Assembly: GCA_049903315.1 (NCBI GenBank)
Contig: JBNGBT010000001.1
Location: 256,001 to 320,000 of the forward strand
DNA length: 64,000 bases
Reading direction: 5' to 3'
Origin: Candidatus Cloacimonadota bacterium
Lineage (GTDB): Bacteria; Cloacimonadota; Cloacimonadia; JGIOTU-2
Positions within the stretch are counted from its first letter, which is position 1. Each line of letters opens with the position of its first letter. Made by a program: the position numbers and the translations under genes. The notes below the pieces were generated by a model, which had not been told where the DNA came from, did not search any database, and saw only the letters and a program-made list of their open reading frames with translations. Positions 57,608 to 64,000 of the stretch are shown here, piece after piece.

Positions 57608-60211
57608 CTAAAACGTCCAATCGAGCTGCAGCCTGATGGAGCTGTCTTTGTGCTTTGTTTGAGCAACATAATCGTTTCCAAAAACAGGTTCATTATAGAG
57701 ACGAAGATAGAGTTCGTCATCCTGATAATGTTTGACCTTATATTTAAAAGAAATTGCCAAACTGTTTGAGATTCGATTGTACATTGTAAACCAGAATTTC
57801 ATTCCCTGGCTGCCCATAAAATCGATTTCCATATCTTCCCAATCCCAGTGGCTTACACCATGCCCGTTCCAGAAAAGGAAGGAACCTTCCACGCTGAAAT
57901 AATTAGTGAAATTGTGTAAGTAGTTCACGCAGATCATGTCTCCATGATTGAGTACATCGGCTGTTGGGAGAATATTGATTTGCCCTGGTTCGGCAGTATT
58001 AGTGAGACTTGTATAAGGCGCCATCCACACTTTAGTGTAGCGGTATTCGAGATCAAGTCTGTCACGGTTGGTAAGATATGTTCTGAACATACAGGTTGTT
58101 TCACTGGTTTTCGAGACTGCGCGTGTGAAGAAATCTTCTGAGCCGTTAGTTTGTAATTTTTGCTTCAGACGCATAGCAATCTGATAAATTGGTCTGTACT
58201 CAAGTTCACCCTGAAAACGCACACTCTTTCTTCCATCACATTTGCGTTCCCATATATCGACATATGCCTTAGTAATAGTAAGCTCGCGCTGGAATTTGTA
58301 TCGTGTCTCTATATACAAACCTCTTTCGGCTTGTGACCACGGAGAATTATAGGACATTTCTGCGACAAGAGGATTCTTCAAGTAATACTGTTTCTCAAGG
58401 ATCGTACCGTCAAAACGTTCATGCTCAGCAAAGGGGCGTGCATAAGGATTATCAAATTCAAGATCATAGTCGCGGTAGAGCATCATGAAATTGAGATTTG
58501 CATAGTTGAAAAATGCACTCATAACCAATGCGCCCGGATCATCACCAATGGAAAATGGCTTCCCATCGACTTCGAGTTCTGCATACTCTCCTTGGAAAGT
58601 TACATTATCAAGAGTAGTCTGCCAGTCAAAACCATATACCCTTCGATAATTTCTTTTGTATGTGTCTGTTTTAGTTGAGTATAAAGAAGAAATCTCCGAG
58701 TCATTTATATCCAATTTCTTGTAATAATAGCTGTCATATATGAGATATTCACCGAGGTCGGCATAGTCTGCAATGCTGAAGTAACGATCATATTTTGACT
58801 CATATGCTGTAACACCGAAATGAGTACCGATGAGCGGATCGAACTGCACATGTCCACCCACCATTGTTTCACGAAGGGCATCTCTTCTTGAAGCCATGTC
58901 GATCTTGGGAAGAGGATAAGGAGAAAGAAGCGGACGGTATTCGTTGAATACAGCTTCTGCGCTTTCAAGTTGCTCATTTGTGAAACGAGGAGTGGAAACA
59001 ACATAATAGAAAATATCATCATCGCTATCCAGCTTGTCATCATGATTGCTGTCCCAGATGACTACATCTTTCTTATCATCAGAAATAAAGAGCGATGCAT
59101 TCATAAAGCTGTTTCCATACTCTACTGCTGCGCCTTTGAGTGCGAATTCCTCAGTGGGAGAGAGATCCGGGAAAATTCCGTGAACGCGTTTTGAAAAGCC
59201 ATATCCTGTTCTGCGTGATTCGAACATGTCGGTATTTTCCATTACGAGACCCTCACCCCAGGTCGCCCTGTAATTTCCAAGTACAACTTTAAGATTTGCA
59301 GGTTTCAGATTGATACTTGCCGTATATTTTGAGTTCTCAGCGAGTGCTTCGGAAAGCTGGTTATTTTCCTGGAACATGTTCAGATCTCTTTCCTCACCCT
59401 TTTTGAAAAAGAGCAATGCACCGACTTCGAGATTGAACCAGTCTTCCATTTTTGCTCTGAATTTATGAGAAATCTCAGGAGCAGCATTATCCAGGTCGTA
59501 CATACCCCACATGGAAAATTTTTCATTAAGACTGTCTGGCACATAACTTTCACGTAGCACTTCTGTCATCTCTTCCGAAAAAGGATTATTATTGAATTTG
59601 AAGCGGTAGCTGAAATTCCATTTGCCTTCGAGTTCCGGTGGTTGATAGGATACATAGTGACGAAGATTGGTAGCTCCGTAGTGAGTAAGTCCCGGAGCGC
59701 TTCTCATTCCTCTGTAATCCTGAAAATCACCAAATTTTCTCTGACGAAGGAGAGCTCGTACATCTGAAGGACCAACGATCGGCATGTTCAGCAGATCTTG
59801 ATATGTTGCAGTATTGATATTGACGGGTGACATGAGCATGTCTTCCCACAAATCGGAAACTGCTTCGGAAGATCCTTCATCTAGCGCAAGCCGTCTGAGA
59901 AGATAATATATCTGATCTTTTCGCTGTGCCCGTTCATCATATACGCCATAGGGCACAATCTTTAAGAGAGGCTTGAGGTTCAAAAATGTGTCCTGATCAA
60001 TACTGTCTATATTAAGCAGGTCATATACAGATTGGAAAAAGTTTATGTAATTTCTGTAATAATAGATATCTTCCGCTTGCTGAGGAGTGATGGGGAGTGC
60101 TTGTATCTGCTGGTATGTTGCTTTGTTGAGGTCTAATTGATCGGAACTTGCAGAGAGTGTTCCTGCAACGAGAACAAACAATAAACTAAAAATCAATGTT
60201 ACTTTTTGCAT
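57608..60211 (-). CDS. Outer-membrane protein with two ComEA-like helix-hairpin-helix domains and a large beta-barrel
   Basis: Signal peptide; LDLNKATYQQIQALP..FQSVYDLL and PVNINTATYQDLLNMPIVG; GNYRATWGEGL; C-terminal LQLDWTF. Confidence 0.82.
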   Translation of the reverse strand: MQKVTLIFSLLFVLVAGTLSASSDQLDLNKATYQQIQALPITPQQAEDIYYYRNYINFFQSVYDLLNIDSIDQDTFLNLKPLLKIVPYGVYDERAQRKDQIYYLLRRLALDEGSSEAVSDLWEDMLMSPVNINTATYQDLLNMPIVGPSDVRALLRQRKFGDFQDYRGMRSAPGLTHYGATNLRHYVSYQPPELEGKWNFSYRFKFNNNPFSEEMTEVLRESYVPDSLNEKFSMWGMYDLDNAAPEISHKFRAKMEDWFNLEVGALLFFKKGEERDLNMFQENNQLSEALAENSKYTASINLKPANLKVVLGNYRATWGEGLVMENTDMFESRRTGYGFSKRVHGIFPDLSPTEEFALKGAAVEYGNSFMNASLFISDDKKDVVIWDSNHDDKLDSDDDIFYYVVSTPRFTNEQLESAEAVFNEYRPLLSPYPLPKIDMASRRDALRETMVGGHVQFDPLIGTHFGVTAYESKYDRYFSIADYADLGEYLIYDSYYYKKLDINDSEISSLYSTKTDTYKRNYRRVYGFDWQTTLDNVTFQGEYAELEVDGKPFSIGDDPGALVMSAFFNYANLNFMMLYRDYDLEFDNPYARPFAEHERFDGTILEKQYYLKNPLVAEMSYNSPWSQAERGLYIETRYKFQRELTITKAYVDIWERKCDGRKSVRFQGELEYRPIYQIAMRLKQKLQTNGSEDFFTRAVSKTSETTCMFRTYLTNRDRLDLEYRYTKVWMAPYTSLTNTAEPGQINILPTADVLNHGDMICVNYLHNFTNYFSVEGSFLFWNGHGVSHWDWEDMEIDFMGSQGMKFWFTMYNRISNSLAISFKYKVKHYQDDELYLRLYNEPVFGNDYVAQTKHKDSSIRLQLDWTF

Positions 60212-60212
60212 A

Positions 60213-60515
60213 TTAACCCAATTTTATTAATAGAATAAGTTCGATGATCACACAGCAAAGGAGCACCACCGCAAAGAGATTGAGCCAGAAAATGCGTACT
60301 GTGAGCTTCTCGATCTTATTTTTTAAATCATGAATATCATTAAAAACTTTCTTCTCTATCACATCGTATTTCTGGGAGAGTTCTTTGTAACCCCTGTTAC
60401 TGAACTTGTTTTCCCAGTCTTTCACCACATGATTGAGGAAGTTGAAAATGAGCTTTATAAAACTTTTTATTATGAAAGAAGTGTTGCCCTTTTCGTCACG
60501 TTCATTTGCTTTCAT
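60213..60515 (-). CDS. Small coiled-coil protein with C-terminal TM anchor
   Basis: GAGG SD; charged helix followed by a hydrophobic C-terminus; 1-nt gap to the next gene. Confidence 0.65.
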   Translation of the reverse strand: MKANERDEKGNTSFIIKSFIKLIFNFLNHVVKDWENKFSNRGYKELSQKYDVIEKKVFNDIHDLKNKIEKLTVRIFWLNLFAVVLLCCVIIELILLIKLG

Positions 60516-60539
60516 AGATACCTCATTATAATGAAATTA

Positions 60540-61415
60540 TTAAAATTGATAGCCAAGAGAAAACTGATGAGTGAGCGGAAGAACGGGATGGGAGCTGAAA
60601 CCATAATCGATCTTAACACCTTTGAAAAGCATGCCGAATCCGCCGGAGATACTATTCGGGTAGGTGGATGCACCGGTTCGAAGCCAGAATTTATCCATCA
60701 CTTCAAATTCGATACCTGCTTGTATCTTCGTTTCTTCTCCAAGTTTTTGTGAGAGATCGATTTCTGTGATCACACCATCATATGGTTCGTAGGCAATACC
60801 GAGAGCAAGATGCTGAGGAAGGTCAAATGTTTGGTCTGAACCCATCGAAGGATTGTTCAGATTCTTCACTGCAAAAGCGATATGAGTGCGCTGATGGAGT
60901 ATTGCAAGTGCTCCAAGATTGACACCGTACGTTGTTGAATTACCCGGATCTATGCCGCCGACTGTTTCGCCGAACTTCAGGTAGTAGAGATTCAGTCCAT
61001 AACCTACATAAAGCTGCGAATGCACATCTCCCATAAGAAGAAAAGAGTGGGCGAGAGAATATGTTCCTTCCTGTTGAAGTTTTTGCCCTTCAAATTCGAC
61101 GTCCATTGCCTGCATTCCAAGAGATATCGTTCCAATCCTTGGTAATCTGTATGCAAGTGCGCCGGACATGAGAATCTCAAAGCTGTTATTGAACAGTTGA
61201 GCATAGCCCAGAGAAATTCCCTGTTCTGCATATGCGAGTGCTCCGGGATTGTAGAAAATGGCATTCGGGTCGTTACAACTTGCAACGAAAGCCCCACTCA
61301 TACCTCTGGCTCGTGCAGAGGGCTGGTAGTTGCCGAATACATTGGAATTTATCTCCGCATAGATTATTGGAGTGGTCAGAAGGATTATAATTACTATGAA
61401 ACCTAATTTTTTCAT
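60540..61415 (-). CDS. PorV/PorQ-family outer-membrane barrel
   Basis: Signal peptide; SARARGMSGAFVA..DPNAIFYNPGAL; IDYGF..HP.L..THQFSLGYQF. Confidence 0.8.
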   Translation of the reverse strand: MKKLGFIVIIILLTTPIIYAEINSNVFGNYQPSARARGMSGAFVASCNDPNAIFYNPGALAYAEQGISLGYAQLFNNSFEILMSGALAYRLPRIGTISLGMQAMDVEFEGQKLQQEGTYSLAHSFLLMGDVHSQLYVGYGLNLYYLKFGETVGGIDPGNSTTYGVNLGALAILHQRTHIAFAVKNLNNPSMGSDQTFDLPQHLALGIAYEPYDGVITEIDLSQKLGEETKIQAGIEFEVMDKFWLRTGASTYPNSISGGFGMLFKGVKIDYGFSSHPVLPLTHQFSLGYQF

Positions 61416-61436
61416 TGGTATCCTTTCATCAAAAAT

Positions 61437-64000
61437 TTATTTCAAAGGTGCTGAAATGACGATAGGAACAGATTTACTCTTTATATCACCATTATCGGGA
61501 TTAACAACTTCCAGGTTACAAATATACAGTCCGGGAGGAAGGGTGTTCCAATTGTCATCTTTACCGTCCCATTCAAATGTGTGCATACCTGTAGACATTT
61601 CGTTCGTGAATGTGTTCACGAGCACACCCTCACTATTATATAATCGTAAGACAAGCTTATCTCCTGTACGAGAATGGAACTGGATCTGGAAGGTTTCTCC
61701 AAGTGTGGGGCAGAATGTATAATGGGGGACTTTCAGAATTGCAGAGAAATCAGTTATACCATAATCGTATTCATAGACCTCATCAGGTGCATCTTCAGGG
61801 AAGTAGAGCATATTCTGTTCTGCATCTTCCGCAGCAATATAGAAAAATACTACTGTTCCTGCGTCCTGTCCGGGTAGTTCGACTTCCCAGGAGTAATCCT
61901 TTGCCGGACTCATCGCCACCTGGCTGAAGGGATTTTGACGTACAGTGTTCCAATAAAGAATAGGATTTTGTAGAGAATCTGTAAATGTAAGCGTAATTGT
62001 GACTGCTTCACCTGGAGCAGGATCAAGGTTGGATATCACAACATTACCCCCAACACCTCCGCCGTGCGAACCAAGGTATTCAAAAGTATCAATTGGATAT
62101 ACGATCCATTCGGAGTTGCCTTCATCGGTACCAGCGGCTTCAGTCCAGTTTGTATTTCCATTTTCAACAGCAATTTTTCTTACAAGCGTATGATTTTGAG
62201 TTGCAGCTGTGACGCCGGCAACATTCCAGCCAGTGCCGGGATCATCAGTAGGAATTCCAATCACATCTGTAAGAGTCCATGTGGCACCGCCATCAGTCGT
62301 CATTTCTATTCCACGAGCATCATTTCCTGTAAAGTGTGCAACGCTGGGATAAGCAAGTGCTTCATCCGCAACACCAAGGATCGTCTGCGCTGCTTCATCT
62401 GCACAGATCACCCATACATCACCGGATGCAAGAGTTGCACCAGTCGGAAAACTATGCCAGTATTGCCAGCCATTTCCATTTACGGATTGGGCAATGCGGT
62501 AGTTATCAAGATAAAGAGTTTGGGATGATGCATTGTATAGCTCAAGAGCTTTATTATTACTCGAGCCTTCTATATATTCGGAAAATATGAGAATCCCTTC
62601 TGTAGGACCTTCTTCATAACCGGTAAAACCTATTGTACTGTTTGGTAATATTACATTGCCGGCAAGGTCTTCAACATTGTTTACAGTAACTGTGTAGGCA
62701 TAGCCGCCGGCCTGAGCTGTTGTAATAAGTTCTACGGTTTTGCCAAGCGATTGAAGTATTGCAGCAGTAACCGTCAGGTTTCCGATAGAATAGTTTGCAA
62801 TAGTATGTGCAGTAGTTTGATCAACCTGCTCATCAAATGTTACTTCGACCGCAGTTGCTGAAGTTGCATAGGCACTTGCCAAAGTGGGTGGAGTGGTATC
62901 ATTCTCACCATGTGCGCCAAGATATTCAAATGTATCGACTGGATAAACGATCCATTGTGAATTCTCAGCAGCTGTGCCAGCAGAAGTTGCCCAGTTCGCA
63001 GTACCTTCAGTAATTGAGGATTTACGAACAAGTGTATGATCATAAGTCGCAGCAGGAGTACCAGCAACATCCCAACCTGTACCGGGATCTTCATCTGGAT
63101 TTCCTATAATATCAATGAGGGTCCACGTCGTGCCGCCATCAGTGGTTTTTTCAAGACCACGAGCATCGTCACCGTTGTGGTGGACTACACTTGGATAGGA
63201 AAGTAATTCGTCTGCGACGGCTTGTAACTGAGCATCAGCTTCATCTGTGGTGATAACCCATACCTCACCGTCTACAAGGGTTGAGCCAGCAGGAAATTCA
63301 TGCCAGTAAGCCCAGCCGTTACCATTTACAGCCTGTGCTATCCTGTAATTAGTTAAATCTACAGTTGCACCAGAGCCGTTATAGATTTCAAGAGCTTTAT
63401 TCTGTGATGTTCCTTCAATGTATTCAGAGAAGAAAAGATCAGGTCCACTTCCGGGAGTATAGCCGGTAAAATTCACTGTGCTGTTCGGCACTATGACATT
63501 GCCATTCAGATCCTCTACATTATTGACCGTGATAGTATATGCAGTACCTGATTCCTGAGATCCTGTTGTTAGAATTACATGATTATTATTTTGTAGTGTT
63601 GCATCAGAAATTGTAAGAGCTGGTGAAATTACATAGTTGGACATAGTCTCTGCAGTGGTTTGGTCTAATCCTTCACTGAAGATTATACCCACAGTTGTTT
63701 CGTTTGATGCATTGGCAGAATTTATTGTAGGCGGAGTTGTATCTCCTCCGGATGTGGCAAAATCGTCCGCATCCCGCGGATTAATTCCATATTCATCATA
63801 ACTGTAATCAACTGCGCCTGTAATAGATGCAAAGGTGTCACCCACTGATGGACTGTCATACGTGTAAATCGCATCATCAATCTGACAGTTTCCAGATCCA
63901 TCATTGACATACCATTCTCCATAAGTGCTTGGACCCTGCGTTACTGTTACATCAGAAATTTTGACCAAACATCCTTCGTATGGTTCTCCGGTTGAGGGTG
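61437..64000 (-). CDS. Large secreted protein (5' end outside window): OB-fold-like module, two Ig-like + lamin-tail-domain pairs, FlgD-like C-terminus; extracellular nuclease-associated architecture
   Basis: Frame is open to the window edge (PSTGEPYEGCLVKISDVTVT). Two FSEYIEG.S.NKALE.YN lamin-tail domains, two DTTPPT Ig-like domains, tail LYNSEG..WDGKD..LPPGLYI. Confidence 0.8.
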   Translation of the reverse strand, partial: PSTGEPYEGCLVKISDVTVTQGPSTYGEWYVNDGSGNCQIDDAIYTYDSPSVGDTFASITGAVDYSYDEYGINPRDADDFATSGGDTTPPTINSANASNETTVGIIFSEGLDQTTAETMSNYVISPALTISDATLQNNNHVILTTGSQESGTAYTITVNNVEDLNGNVIVPNSTVNFTGYTPGSGPDLFFSEYIEGTSQNKALEIYNGSGATVDLTNYRIAQAVNGNGWAYWHEFPAGSTLVDGEVWVITTDEADAQLQAVADELLSYPSVVHHNGDDARGLEKTTDGGTTWTLIDIIGNPDEDPGTGWDVAGTPAATYDHTLVRKSSITEGTANWATSAGTAAENSQWIVYPVDTFEYLGAHGENDTTPPTLASAYATSATAVEVTFDEQVDQTTAHTIANYSIGNLTVTAAILQSLGKTVELITTAQAGGYAYTVTVNNVEDLAGNVILPNSTIGFTGYEEGPTEGILIFSEYIEGSSNNKALELYNASSQTLYLDNYRIAQSVNGNGWQYWHSFPTGATLASGDVWVICADEAAQTILGVADEALAYPSVAHFTGNDARGIEMTTDGGATWTLTDVIGIPTDDPGTGWNVAGVTAATQNHTLVRKIAVENGNTNWTEAAGTDEGNSEWIVYPIDTFEYLGSHGGGVGGNVVISNLDPAPGEAVTITLTFTDSLQNPILYWNTVRQNPFSQVAMSPAKDYSWEVELPGQDAGTVVFFYIAAEDAEQNMLYFPEDAPDEVYEYDYGITDFSAILKVPHYTFCPTLGETFQIQFHSRTGDKLVLRLYNSEGVLVNTFTNEMSTGMHTFEWDGKDDNWNTLPPGLYICNLEVVNPDNGDIKSKSVPIVISAPLK
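62060..63750 (-). repeat. Intragenic tandem duplication of an Ig-like + lamin-tail unit (boundaries approximate)
   Basis: Both units share NYRIAQ.VNGNGW.YWH.FP.G.TL, G.DARG.E.TTDGG.TWTL.D.IG.P..DPGTGW.VAG and WIVYP.DTFEYLG.HG. Confidence 0.88.

Noticed and set aside
1..64000. tRNA, rRNA, known riboswitches, selenocysteine read-through, prophage
   Set aside because: No cloverleaf or rRNA-like tract in the short intergenic spaces, no gene obviously cut at an in-frame TGA and no phage genes. This was checked by eye only, so tRNAscan and Infernal should confirm.

Overview
Bacterial chromosomal window of roughly 40% GC by eye. Many secreted proteins carry FlgD-Ig/T9SS-like C-terminal domains and there is a PorV/PorQ-like barrel, which suggests an FCB-group anaerobe, most plausibly Cloacimonadota (inference). 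Five blocks: (1) 7-15779, an alpha-glucan (starch/glycogen) locus with a CBM lipoprotein, a GH13 lipoprotein with three CBM48-like modules, secreted GH57-like and GH119-like enzymes, two non-catalytic secreted proteins and GH77 malQ. It is interrupted by a small GIY-YIG nuclease gene bracketed by two 117-bp palindromic direct repeats. (2) mfd plus three SurA/PpiC chaperone genes. (3) A beta-helix secreted protein, MliC, DUF3795, MscS, a PDZ-hydrolase and a 2051-aa single-chain AddA-AddB fusion. (4) A co-oriented + strand accessory run (37480-48061) with no attC sites seen. (5) A minus-strand block with cdd, rlmH, an IMPDH/GMPR-family gene and ptb, ending in a candidate extracellular-DNA utilisation/uptake operon (lamin-tail/OB-fold secreted protein, PorV-like barrel, HhH-barrel, second barrel, 5'-nucleotidase). 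Several distinct REP-like palindrome families occupy intergenic space. No rRNA, tRNA or CRISPR array was seen. All calls come from motif recognition by eye; no searches were run.
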